Shown: positions 12,650-26,020 of the stretch, one piece after another
Position numbering within the stretch: position 1 is the stretch's first letter
Layout of the letters: the number at the start of each line of letters is the position of its first letter
DNA from: Scyliorhinus canicula
Lineage: Eukaryota
Direction of reading: 5' to 3'
Length of the DNA stretch: 64,000 bases
NCBI RefSeq assembly: GCF_902713615.1
Contig: NC_052161.1
Location: 115,980,636 to 116,044,635, forward strand
Notes under the pieces: model-generated
The model's input: the letters and a program-made list of their open reading frames with translations, nothing else
Told to the model about the DNA's origin: nothing
The model's database searches: none
Made by a program: the position numbers and the translations under genes

Positions 12650-13200
12650 CCCCCATAGAGCCCAGTGGGAGCCCCCCATAGAGCCCAGTGGGAGCCCCCC
12701 GCCCCCTCTCCCCTCCCCTCCCATAGAGCCCAGTGGGAGCCCCCTCCCAGAGAGCCCAGTGGGAGCCCCACCCCCCCTCCTATAGAGCCCAGTGGGAGCC
12801 CCCCCCCCATAGAGCCCAGTGGGTGCCCCCCCTCCCATAGAGCCCAGTGGGAGCGCCCCCCCCCTCCCATAGAGCCCAGTGGGAGCGCCCCCCCCTCCCA
12901 TAGAGCCCAGTGGGAGCGCCCCCCCCCCCCATAGAGCCCAGTGGGAGCGCCCCCCCCCTCCCATAGAGCCCAGTGGGAGCGCCCCCCCCTCCCATAGAGC
13001 CCAGTGGGAGCGCCCCCCCCCCCCCTTCCATAGAGCCCAGTGGGAGCACCCCCCCCCTCCCATAGAGCCCAGTGGGAGCACCCCCCCTCCCAGAGAGCCC
13101 AGTGGGAGGGCCCCCGCCCTCCCATAGAGCCTAGTGGGAGCCCCCTCCCATAGAGCCCAGTGGGAGCCCCTCCCCCTCACATAGAGCCCAGTGGAGCCCC
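12650..13200. repeat. GC-skewed minisatellite, about 18 units of about 30 bp
   Basis: Core (CTCC)CATAGAGCCCAGTGGGAGC separated by variable poly-C linkers. Confidence 0.95.
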
Positions 13201-14852
13201 CTCCACCCCGGCCCCCAGATCACCCTCCACCCCGGCCCCCACCCTACCGGCTTTAGTTTAACATCTAATCCAAAAGATGGCACCTTCAGTAGTGCAGCAC
13301 TCCCCAGTGTCAGCCGAGATTTTTCTGCTGGTGGGCCACACTAACTCAAACAACAAGTACTAGTCAGTACAGTACTATGCTAATAATGACATGCTCCACC
13401 ATCTACTGGTAAAATGCTTGCAATCGCATCCTATTGATCAGGGCAGAAAATTGCTACAGCGAAAGTGAATATTTTACAATTACTGCAAAGTTGAAAATAA
13501 ATGAACACATCAAAAAGGTAAGTGCCAATGTGTCATCATGTCATATGAGCAAAAATATTTGGAGCAAGAGTGGACTGCACAACACTTTTCCCACCCAAGT
13601 TGAGACCTCATCAAAAATAAAGATAAAATTCCACCCAATGTTACGGCTTTATACCATGCCAAGCAGGTAGATGCTACTAGATACATTGTGCATTTCCCAC
13701 AGAACGGATTACTTAGGCCTGAAAGCTCTAGACGTTCTTCCTGAACCCCTTTCACCTCTCCCTCCTTTAAAACACTCCTTGAAAACATATTACCTGTCCT
13801 AATAGCTCTGAGCTGGAGTAAATTTTTGTTTGACTATTGCTACGAAGTACCTTGGACTTTTTACAATGGTTTGTACTGTTGCTTCACAGTACCAGGGTGC
13901 CAGGTTCAGTTCCCAGCTTGGGTTACTGTCTGTGTAGTCTGCACATTCTCCCTGTGTGGGTTTCCTCTGGGTGCTCCGGTTTCCTCCCACAGTAACTTTA
14001 TTGCAGTGTTAATGTAAGCCTACTTGTGACAATAAAGATTCTTATAATTAAAAGCTGCTACTTAAATTGAGAACTGTTGTGTTGCTACATTATTGACACC
14101 TGGGAATAGATCTTACTCAAAAAGGAATGGGGAGAGCATTGAACTCAGAGAGATGTTTGGGGGGGGGCAAGAGTTTGGAAAAAAATTCAGAAAACAGGTT
14201 CCAAAAGCACATATATGGAAATGACAAAATGAGGCACATCTCATTTTTCTTTCCTGCCAAATGCATCCAAGCACAACAGCTGAACACATTATAACTACGC
14301 TCACTGGTAACGATCTTCCTTGTGGTAGTGGCTGGACCTTTGCTCATTTCTCCACGGCTTGCGTTTTCCTCTTCAATTCTTCGTAGGTGCTTTCCATTTT
14401 CAATTCTTTTTTTTCTCCTTTTGCAAATAGTATTTGGGATGCAGACCAAGTACTCCACTGAATTCAGACACGGCAACGCACAGTTGAAGTGGAAATGCTG
14501 GATATCAAATAGAGAATGCTCGAAATGTTTTCAGCATCAAAAAGACAAGCTACCATTTCAGACCGACCCATCAACAGAAAAATAAAGTGTTCAGAGTTCA
14601 TGTTTATTCCCTTTTCATTCAACTGCATCAGACCTGATAAGAATTGAACCTATAAAGGCTTTAAACCAAGGAAGGAAATTAAATGATTGAATTATTCTGA
14701 AGGTCTAAAATATGAGAGAAAGAGCCTAACAAGTTAAATGTACTTTTCCTATTCCTACAGCCTTGGCTTCCTTATGAAATCTCTCACACTGTTCTACTGT
14801 CACAGAAAAATATACTGGAATCAGAGAACTTTGATGATTGACTTTAAGAACT

Positions 14853-15045
14853 AGGGCTGCACGGTGGCGCAGTGGCCTCCTCACAACATCAAGGACCTGG
14901 GTTACTGTCCGTGTGGAGTTTGCACATCTTCCCCATATCTGCGTGCGTCTCACCCCCACAACCCAAATATGTGCAGGGTAGGTGGATTGGCCACGCTAAA
15001 TTGCCCCTTAATTGGAAAAAAAATTGGGCACTTCAAATTTAAAAA
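14853..15045 (+). mobile_element. V-SINE, short form
   Basis: Homologous to 3711-3920, with a deletion in the head. Confidence 0.85.
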
Positions 15046-15059
15046 GAAATTACAAGATT

Positions 15060-18000
15060 TACTTTAAGAAGTCTACCTCAGATAAGACAAAGAGCAAAAC
15101 ACACCAAAAATCAGGCCAAACTGTTGAGGCTAAACTTATAAAATTTTACTCAAAATATAGTTAACTTTGCCAGTCAGTTATAAACAGAAGTTGTACAGAT
15201 TATGTCCAGCACTCACAGACCAGAACTTTCCTTTGCTGAACACTAAGAAAATGCTGCTTCAAGAGATCCAGGTGATTTTGCAGGATAAAATATAAAATTA
15301 TAAAAGGACAGTAGCAAGAGCATCTGTTTGTTGATAAAGATGTTAAACAGGCAATTAAAAACAATATTTGCACATCTTTCCCAGCCTTCATGCAAATGGA
15401 AAGGACTATAATAAATTCAACCAAACAGCAGCTGTTAACACTGAATCCTACAAACGTTACATTGTCAGTAAATAAAGACAAAATACAGTGATAGACATCT
15501 TACCCGACAGTAACCTGCTGGTCAACACATTCAAAGCATGAATTTACTTTAGATTGTGTGACTGGTATCTAGCAATTGTTTACATCGTTAACCATACGGC
15601 ACACAAGCGTATGCCACTTTCATCGACTGAGTGCAACAGCATGCAAGAACCTGATGGACAATTTCACAAAGCATTATGCAAGCTTAAATAGGGGCAGTTT
15701 TTTCATGAAGTACTCCAAGAAACTGTCTTTGTTTGGTGACAGAGAATGGCCATTCTGATCAAGCATACCACTTGAAACATTTACTTTCTTTCAGATGTTG
15801 ACTGACCAATTGTGCATTTCATTTAATGAGATGAGCATTTTTTTTTTGTTGGAACAAGGTCACAGATGAGCGACCTCAAAATATCTTTGCATCATATGCC
15901 CAAATAAACAACGCATTTTTCCCCCCCCAAAGAGAATATGCCCTTTAAGAAGTCCCAAACGATACTGTAGTTTATGAAATAAATTGAGGTTAAATAAATC
16001 TCAAGATCCACGTGAAGTTCCTACCACTCCTGCAATATACAACATTGTCTCACTGAAGTGCAAAGACAGCATCTTTTCAAAGTACTGATTTGCAACCGCA
16101 AGTGTGTAGCATAACCATCCACATGGACTCACCAAGACAATAAAACATTCAAAAAAGTCCAAATGAATGGACAGCATTTTTTTTTGTAAAAATCTATATA
16201 TAAAGGTCAGGTCTGTTGCAGCTTTCACATAAACAAAAAATAACTGTGTCTGCATTTATAACTAAGGTGCAAACTTAATAATCAAACCACAAATCCATGC
16301 AAACCAAGCCTGGTTCCTAACTCTTCCTCTTGAATCAGGGCAACTCTTAAGATGTGTCATGTTCCCAGGTGTAGCAGCTGGACCTACTTGGAAATCTTCA
16401 AAGGGGAATTTGAGGGGAGGGGGGGGGGGGGGGGGGAAATCAGTGCTGACAGAAGGGTGATATTTTGCTAAAGTTATGAAAAAATAAACTGCATTGATAG
16501 CATTAAAGCTGCATACTCCCAGCATAATCCTCATTATACAAGCATAGCAACAAGCTTAAATGTAATTTGTGAATGTAACAGGCTTGACATACATCCTTTG
16601 TCCTTTTGCTGGCCTACACACTCAACTTTAAAGAACCACCATACATCAGGGAAACCTTTGTTTAAAGAGACAGATTTAGAACATTCAAGTTACTCTCAAG
16701 TTAAGACCAGACACTGATTGCGCTAAGCCAATAATATAAACCAGAATGAACTGTGCACAAAAGCGATTTTGTACATAAGTCAAGCCTCTCTACGTAACTC
16801 TAGAATTGCTCAGTGATCTATGCTAATATATCTGACTAGTTGGTAAATGTTTTCAGTTTGTTTTTCTGTCTCCCCCACCCCACCTCCATTTCCCTTTCTG
16901 TCCCCTGCCAAGTCAGGAGTACATAGTTCATACTTGGGCAAAAAGCACATTCTATGCAACACCTCAAATTGTTCCCCAGGATGTTTACTTGATTGATGAG
17001 AGGCTTCCTGGTAAGTTCCCATTTGCTCCGACAGATTGCATATGAGTGGCATGTGTCAGAGTTCAGATAACACGGGAATCCACGTCATGGGTCCAACAAT
17101 TCAATGTCTCCGATACTAGGCTGATTTCTCCATGCAGCAAGATATGCAAACTACAGTGTAATGGAAATCATGACCCATTATTATTGCTTACAAACTGAAC
17201 CTATCAAACAGAAGAGTGGAGAAGCTACTATCTACATGACCATCTGCCAGTGATAACCAGGACATTTGAAAATGGTCTACAAATCATCTTTACATTCAAT
17301 AATCATCCGATAGACCCATTTCAGTTAAGGGGTGGTGTGGTTCTCGTTAGCCATTTTGCCATGCACTTTTTATGTAGTAGCCCAGTAGCAATATTAATAC
17401 TGACAGCCAATTCTGTACAAATCCAAATTTCAGTCTACAGCATTCTCTGTAGAATTAAAAAAAGGTACGTCAAAGCACAATTCATAATTCAGTTCAAAAA
17501 GTCAACTGGCTGTATAGGCCCAACCTTCTGATTAGAGTCTAACATTGGTTTTGGGGGCAGGAGGGCAGTGAAAAGGGATATCAATGCCATTTTATATTTA
17601 AATTAGGTACACCTACATCTTCCCCAGAAAACATGGCAACTCATTGCTTCAAGTTACATTCTACCATACAATAGAAAAAGGGCAATGTGATTTTGTTTTC
17701 AAAAATTCCCGAGATACTTGGAAGCAGGTGAAAAGGTGCAATGTAACCAAGGAGTTTTAACGTTCTTTAAAAGTAACTTCCAAGTAATATACCTGTCACT
17801 TACAATCACTGTATTGTTCAAGCATCTGTAATGTCAACGATAATCACAGAAGGACATTTAGTGTCCCTCATGACATTATTGAAGAACCCCAAGCATTTTC
17901 ACTAGTTTACAAATTCCACACATATCACATTCCATTATAACCACTGAAGCAAAGCGGTTTTCTGCTAACACCCATTTCACACAATTCAGATGCAAGTTGT

Positions 18001-21000
18001 CTTTAGATGCTATATAAATAACCTTTAAATCAACTTTGAGCACAAATTTCAACATCCCCGTTCACTTTGTTTTGCCATTTTGCTAAATTTACTTCTGAGC
18101 TTGCCAGTTTCCTAGAAAAGAAAGAAACTCTTGAACCAACTACTTCCAGAGTAAAGTCAAGTTTGTTGAGAGTGCTGGTATATCAGCAATATCTGGCTGT
18201 TGGTGATTAAAGTAAATTGCAATGGGAATTAAGATGAAGGTAACTAGCTTGCTGTTACACAAAAGAAAATGCATAAAGCGCAATCTCCAAATAACTGGTC
18301 AGAAAATCCAGTAATTGGACATGGCCAAAGATAAAATTCAGCTTATTCAGTAATGAAAGTGGCCCTCATTAAGATGCATTAATAAAAAGGCCCCACGACT
18401 CCGAAAGGTCTGGAACACAGTTCAGAGCACTTGGTGATCTCACAACGGAACTGGATTTTGTCACAAGGTTTGCAAAGTAACTGGACCATTTTTGCACCTC
18501 TGCAATAATTTCATGTTTTTTTTAATGATATCTGTGGCAGTGAACAGGTGCACTGAAATGACAGCTTACATTAGAGATCAGTATCTGAAAACTGACCCCT
18601 TACTCATTTATCATTATTGCTCGATATTTATCCTTTATCCACTAGCTGTCAAACCAGCCAAATAGGATTACAAACCAGCCCAGCGACCATACTATGCTCC
18701 AATCACCATCAATATTGCCGTAAATTGTTCACGTCACTGATTTTTATATACTCTTTCCTAAAGATTCCTGAAATTCTGCATGGTACTACAAGTTGGCAAC
18801 TCTATCATGTACAGGTATGCGGCAATTGCAAACTTAATAAAAGCCTGATCTCAGCAAAGCTGTCTGAAAAAGGTAGAAGGGCAAGGGATAGTTAATAGCC
18901 CTATTGAGGGGAGGCAGCACCATCATTCTGTAGTCTCTGGATTAGCAGAAATCAAAATGTAAATAATTTTGCATAGCAGGACAATCTTTGTGCAGACTTA
19001 TTTCATTAAAATGAGTTTCATTCAGCACTTTGACAAAGACTTTCTAACATGCAGACAACGGTAACAAGATTCCCATCTCTGTATAATCAAAAGTCTTATT
19101 TAGCTTTACTGAACATGCCATTTCCCCAACACACTCCCAGCTTTTTTTCTGCATCCCATCCACAACCAACACTAATCTATTATGGAGCTGAAACTGGTCT
19201 TCAGCCATTCATTGCCCGCTACCATTATGCCAAGTTGATCCGGATTTTATTTAGTATACCAAATTCGGTACCTGTGGCTATTTATCTTTTGTTGAATAAT
19301 GGAAAGGGTGTACAATGTTCTTCAAGCACGTTTTAATTCATCCAGTCCAAACTGAACAGGGCAAATTGGCAACTATTCCACAGTCCTGTTCACAAGGCTA
19401 GTTTTGACACTGCTACTTTATTTCACTACAATACCAGTGTTTCAAACACATTTCCTCCTTGACAATGACTCTCAAGCCCAACAGGCCCCAAAATGCTGCA
19501 CAATTTATGCCAGTGCTAGCTTTCAGCTGTAATCTACAAGTTTGCTCTATTTGTAAACTATTGCCATTTGGCTTACCATTAGATACAAGGGCTTTGAAAT
19601 CACTAACTGCAAGAGGAAAAAAAAAGCTTGATTAAAAAAAAATAGTTGCCTGATTGTAATTCTGGCTGGGAAACAAAACAATTACTTGCTTGATTAACCC
19701 AACTGTGCTTTAGGTCCATAAATACTTATACTTTTGCCTTTGTAGAAATATAAATCCCCCAATCCAGTGATTACCTCAGATTTTCCACCTCCACCTTCCC
19801 TCTCCTGAAGGCATTTAACTCGGGCTTGGGTACAGTTCCACAGACAGTACCTCATCCAAGTGTGCGAGCTGAACAATGTGCATCGGTAGGTTATTTGATT
19901 GGAGTAGGGAGAAATGAGGGGAATCAAAAAGGAAAAGCAGCAGGACTAAAACTGAGCCTCTGCCCATTCTTAATAATTGCTGAATAACTACATAGAATGA
20001 AAAATCTGCCTAGATTTCCCCCCCCCCCCCCCCCCCCCACCCCCCCACCCTCCCAGAGCACAGAGGTCACTTGTAAGAGCCACCACTGGCTGGCTGATTT
20101 GAGATTAGATTAAAACCACGACCTTCCTGGTGGTACATACACCACATCACGCAGCATATTAACCCAAAGAACCAGCAGTGAGTCAGCTGTTTTATTGTTT
20201 ACAGAACAAGTATATTCTGAAGAGTCTGAGGCAATTGTTCCAGTTGTGCCAAGTTCATAAACACCAGAGATCAGGTTGTGTCAGTCCACTGACCAAGTGA
20301 AATGCTAGGTAGTGCGAAAATAACTCACCAACTGACAACCCAAACCTGGGGACAAGATATGCAGGAAAATAAAAGATGACATTAACAATTGCTGGGGAAG
20401 CACTTTGAATATTATTCAATATAAAAGTTAAAAAATCTTCCAGGGCCTGACATTTTACAGTTTATCATCATGACCATGGACAGCATTTGAAACCCAATCA
20501 ACCGCAGTACAAATCAATTCAGTCATGTTTTATGCCCCAGACAAATAATTTGATGGCTGGTGTATGGAGAGGCTGTGCTAGCAGCTGTACAGGAGTGAGG
20601 CGGCTAATATTATTTTCTCCCCCCCCCCCCCCCAAAAAAGCACTGATTGAAATTCACCAATCTTCATTAATTAAACTACACTCCACCCCATCCTCCCCAC
20701 ACAGAAGCAATATTTTGTTCGCAGGCAGACACATATACAGAACACACACGTACACAAACACATGCGCATTTGCGCAAGCACAAGACAGATGATTCATGTG
20801 TGAGCCACACAAAAAGAAATTACATCCATGCCCTTTTTAACATTAGATGGACCTAGAAACAGTTTTTTTTTGAGATTCTAGAAAACAAAGGCATTGCCTT
20901 GAAAAGTACTAAGAGTATGTACTAGTGATGGGCAGTAACTGGAAAACCTCGCTTTTGTGACAGACAGCAGGGCACAGAATGCACACAACCATCAGAAGGG

Positions 21001-22402
21001 AGACAAAAAACTGTACCAAAATCTCAGGCTCCACCACTTAGCCTCAAACCTTTCACCTTCTCGAAGCAACATATAATTTCATTGGAACCATTTTATTTCC
21101 CTTTTTATTTAAAAAAAAAATTACATTTCTTGTCCTTCTCTCTTCCTCTAACTTCTCCCCTTTGTAAAACTGGAAAAGTTCCAAATAGAACATGTTGAAA
21201 ACCTTCCCAGTTTCGGAGAGCAATACTGCTCTGTACTGACCCACAATGGGAGCAGCATTAACTACAGACATGGCCTTTGCCGAAACATCCTCTTTTACAA
21301 AGAGATTTTCTACCACTGCAAGTTATACTTATCCTGCAGTTTATACCATCATGCACAAAGCATAGCTGGTGAATTTGAGCATAAGGCAGTGCTGGAATAA
21401 GATCACGGGACCACAGCATTATGCAGCTAGCACCTAAGTGCTACCCTAGTACGCCATTTAAAAAAAAAAATCCCACCACCGTATTAGTTTTTGATATAAA
21501 AAATAAAATCCTGGTGGTCAGCTGGGATTTGGCCAATGCAGCTAACCACATTCAGGTGGATGAGATACCGCAACATTCACGGCCACTTTTTGAGCTTCTC
21601 TCTTTTCCTACCCCACAGCGCTCCCGCCTCAACTAATTCTCCGGTAACCAACGGACCTGCTCGCTTCCTATGGATGGGAGGACAGGAATTGGTTGTACAA
21701 CAGACCACTTGCACTACTGAACACAACCGCTGTGCGCCCCTTGGCTTGCTGTGCCAAATAGCCCAAGTATGGGCACCACATTCCTGTGGATCATTTCATG
21801 TTTTTGGCATCTTTCTCCAGATAAGATGTTTTGAAAACATTTATTTTAAATACAGCCTACAATAAATAGCTAAAGATGAGCCAAACTTAAAATGGGTGCA
21901 TTTCTGATGGATATTTTGACGTTCTTCGCTTAGTAAGATAATTACCCTTGAAGGGCTATCTCATGGCATTGGGACAGGTGGGAAGAAACCAAAACAATCC
22001 TGTGAAGTGTGGGCTGAAAAAGGACAAACAGCATCCATCACTAATACATAGTCAAACTCTTTTCTGAAATTAAAAGATAAACTATCAAACATTCTTAAAC
22101 AGTATTATTGCTGGAGCAAATTTCTAGTTAGAAATGGCACACAATGTATTCTTGGCCAGTCTGATTGCAAGAAACCTCCCCTTCACGGTTTCCTTGGAGA
22201 GCTCACAGCAGTGTGCCAACCACAGTGGGTGGAGCAGGGGTCACAGTGCGCAAGGAGAAAAGTCACAGTGGGCGGAGCAAAGGGGGATCACAGTGCAAGA
22301 GAAGCAGATCAGGTCCTCTGCTTGAGTCCGTTCTCTCTGTCCAACACTGCACGCTCGGTCCTGGAGAGTTCTGTTTTACAAAGCGCACTCGCTGGCCCAC
22401 GT
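15060..22402 (-). other. SZRD1: Probable long SZRD1 3'UTR (distal end not determined)
   Basis: Follows the stop codon. About 7 kb with no young SINE/LINE copy seen, unlike all flanks. Several minus-strand AATAAA hexamers (about 21840, 21100, 20190, 19420, 19245). Confidence 0.5.
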
Positions 22403-22505
22403 TTATCTGCGCTGTTTGAAGCCTGGTGTACCATCAGGGCCATGGGGCTGTCGAATTGCACAACTCTGCTGCCTGATCTCCTCTGACTGGGTGATTCTGG
22501 TCGGC
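22403..22505 (-). CDS. SZRD1: SZRD1 coding exon 4 (SUZ-C motif, stop codon)
   Basis: Acceptor tttttcag|G; (R)[33 protein letters not shown]; TAA at 22405-22403. Confidence 0.95.
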
Positions 22506-23857
22506 CTGAAAAATAAAGACAATTAGCTTTTGCTGGAACCAGTACTGAGCTAGTGTTGAGAATGTCAAGTTCTTAATCATGCATATTGTTACAGATATTT
22601 ACAAGATGGCATTTATCCCAAAATTATTGAGGGTTAGACGCTGCTATGTCCTGGAATGCTTCAAGTATGTTCTGTTCACAAATAAGTACGATTCTGTACA
22701 CCCAAGTGTGATAGCAATGCATAATATACAAAAAATATGAAGTGTTCAACGTGAAGTTTTTCTTTATTATTATTATTGTCACAAGTAGGCCTACATTAAC
22801 ACTCCGGCACCTGTTCGGGTACACAGAAGGACAATTCAGAATGTCCAATTCACCTAACAGCACGTCTTTTGGGACTTGTGGGAGGAAACCGGAGTGCCTG
22901 CAAGAAACCTACACAGACAGTGACCCAAGGCAGGTACCGGAGCCAGAGTCGTGGAGCACAGAAAGAGGCTCTTCAGCCGATCATGTCTGCACCGGCTATC
23001 ACACACCTATCTATTCTAATACCATGTTCCAGCACTTGGCCCACAGCTGTCCAGATGGCATGCCACTGGCTTCATCGTTCAAACTCAGATATCTAGGTGG
23101 GTTGAAAGACACATGATTCTTCTTTCTCTCAATCGACAAGCACCCCCAAGGAGTTTCATTTTCATGGAACAGGAAAATATTTGCTTTAATACGCCACAGT
23201 GAAAGAGAAGGCAATCTTAAAAAGGAGGCACTTTTGATGGAACATGAGCCAACCTCCTGAAGCAGACATGAAAACTGGAATATGAGCAATGTGTATTCAG
23301 AGCAAACAAAAGTTTTTCATTTGTGCCCAAAATGGCAAACACCAAAACAGAAAACAGCTAGAGGAAGGGGTGCAAGCTGTAACTTGATTATTACAAAACA
23401 CTTTTAGCTAACAAGATGGTGTAAAAGGATAAATACAAATATATCCATTGTGATGAATGTAGGAAATTTTTATATTGTATTACATGTCTGTTGCAATAAT
23501 GTTGTTAAAAGGACTTAGGTTAAGGTATCCAGGTTATATGTCTGCTAAACCCATAATTAAGGGGTTAACAGCTAGACAAGCTGTCATGTCACTCATGGGA
23601 GAGGCTGGTTCTATCCTTAGTTTCACTTTTAAGGTTCTGAGAAAAGTTGCGTTTCTCTGGCTGACTTCTAAAAGCTTCACTCCAAGGACTTTGTGAATAA
23701 ATCTGTAAGCCACGAAGTGTTAACTGTACTAATAAGGGGCATTTGGCCTGATTGTGGATTTTGCTTAATTGAAATTTTAGAAGTAGATGGGAAAGTAAGC
23801 TCAAAGACCTGTATTTTTTCCGAACGGTTTAACTATTAATCAATAAGCTGCTTTTTC

Positions 23858-24065
23858 GACGGCACGGTGGTGCACTGGTTAGCACCGCTATCTCACGGCG
23901 CCGAGATCTCAGGTTTGATCCCGGTCCTGGGTCACTGTCCGTGTGGAGTTTGCACATTCTCCCGTGGATCTCACTCCCACAACGCAAAAGATGTGCAGGG
24001 TAGGTGCCCCTGTGCCCCTTATTGGAAAAAAATAATAATAATTGGGTACTCAATTTATTTTTTTT
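23858..24065 (+). mobile_element. V-SINE, short form
   Basis: Homologous to 3711-3920. Confidence 0.85.
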
Positions 24066-24127
24066 GAACTTTGCAAAAAGCCGCTTTTTCCTTGGATGTT
24101 AATGAGGTTAATCATCTGCTAATAATA

Positions 24128-26020
24128 CAAAGAACAAAGAAAAGTACAGCACAGGAACAGGCCCTTCGGCCCTCCAAGCCCGTGCCGACCATGCTGCCCG
24201 ACTAAACTACAATCTTCTACACTTCCTGGGTCCGTATCCCTCTATTCCCATCCTATTCATGTATTTGTCAAGATGCCCCTTAAATGTCACTATCACCCCT
24301 GCTTCCACCACCTCCTCCGGCAGAGAGTACCAGGCATCCACTACCCTTTGTGTAAAAAAACTTGCCTCGTACATCTACTCTAAACCTTGCCCCTCGCACC
24401 TTAAACCTATGCCCCCGAGTAATTGACCCCTCTGCCCTGGGGAAAAGCCTCTGACTATCCATTCTGTCTATGCCCCTCATAATTTTGTAGACCTCTATCA
24501 GATCGCCCGTCAACCTCCATCGCTCCAGTGAGAACAAACCGAGTTTATTTAACCGTTCCTCGTAGCTAATGCCCTCCATACCAGGCAACATCCTGGTAAA
24601 TCTCTCCTGTATCCTCTCTAAAGCCTCCACATCCTTCTGGTAGTGGCGACCAGAATTGAACACTATACTCCAAGTGTGGCCGAACTAAGGTTCTATACAA
24701 CTGCAACATGACTTGCCAATTCTTATACTTATGCCCCGGCCAATGAAGGCAAGCATGCCGTATGCCTTCTTGACTACCTTGTGTTGCCCCTTTCAGTGAC
24801 CTGTGCACCTGTACACCTAGATCTCTCTGACTTTCAATACTCTCGAGGGTTCTACCATTCACTGGATATTCCCTACCTGCATTAGACCTTCCAAAATGCA
24901 TTACCTCACATTTGTCCGGATTAAACTCCATCTGCCATCTCTCCGCTCAAGTTTCCAAACAATCTAAATCCTGCTGTATCCTCTGACAGTCCTCATCGCT
25001 ATCTGCAATTCCATCAACCTTTGTGCCGTCTGCAAACTTATTAATCAGACCCGTTATATTTTCCTCCAAATCATTTATATATACTACGAACAGCAAAGGT
25101 CCCACCACTGATCCCTGCGGAACACCACTAGTCACAGCCCTCCAATTAGAAAAGCACCCTTCCATTGCTACTCTCTGCCTATGACCTAGCCAGTTCTGTA
25201 TCCACCTTGCCAGCTCACCCCTGATCGAGTGTGACTTCACCTTTTGTACCAGTCTACCATGAGGGACCTTGTCAAAGGCCTTACTGAAGTCCATATAGAC
25301 AATATCCACTGCCCTACCTGCATCAATCATCTTTGTGACCTCTTATTAAGTTAGTGAGACACGCCCTCCCCTTCACAAAACCATGCTGCCTCTCACTAAT
25401 ACGTCCATTTGCTTCCAAATGGGAGTAGATCCTGTCTCAAAGAATTCTCTCCAGTAATTTTCCTACCACTGACGTAAGGCTCACCGGCCTGTAGTTCCCT
25501 GGATTATCCTTGCTACCCTTCTTAAACAAAGGGACAACATTGGCTATTCTCCAGTCCTCCATGACATCACCTGAAGACAGTGAGGATCCAAAGATTTTTG
25601 TCAAGGCCTCAGCAATTTCCTCTCTAGCCTCCTTCAGTATTCTGGGGTAGATCCCATCAGGCCCTGGGGACTTATCTACCGTAATATTTTTCAAGACGCC
25701 CAACACCTCGCCTTTTTGGATCTCAATGTGACCCAGGCTATCTACACACCCTTCTCTAGACTCAACATCCACCAATTCCTTCTCTTTGGTGAATACTGAT
25801 GCAAAGTATTCATTTAGTACCTCGCCCATTTCCTCTGGCTCCACACATAGATTCCCTTGCCTATCCTTCAGTGGGCCAACCCTTTCCCTGGCTACCTTCT
25901 TGCTTTTTATGTACGTGTAAAAAGCCTTGGTATTTTCCTTAACCCTATTTGCCAATGACTTTTCGCGACCCCTTCTAGCCCTCCTGACCCCTTGCTTAAG
26001 CTCCTTCCTACTTTCCTTAT
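24128..26020 (-). mobile_element. 5'-truncated CR1 LINE (RT region and 3' tail)
   Basis: ORF pieces KSPGPDGIYPRIL, NYRPVSLTS, DFSKAFDKVPH, GVPQGS, KFADGTK, RPHLEYSVQFWSP; tail GGCCGAAGGGCCTGTTCCTGTGCTGTACTTTTCTTTGTTCTTT. Confidence 0.93.

Noticed and set aside
12650-13200. CRISPR-like array (palindromic repeat with variable spacers) and Gly/Pro-rich ORFs
   Set aside because: The spacers are only poly-C of variable length, there are no cas genes and the context is vertebrate. The ORFs are by-products of a stop-free minisatellite.
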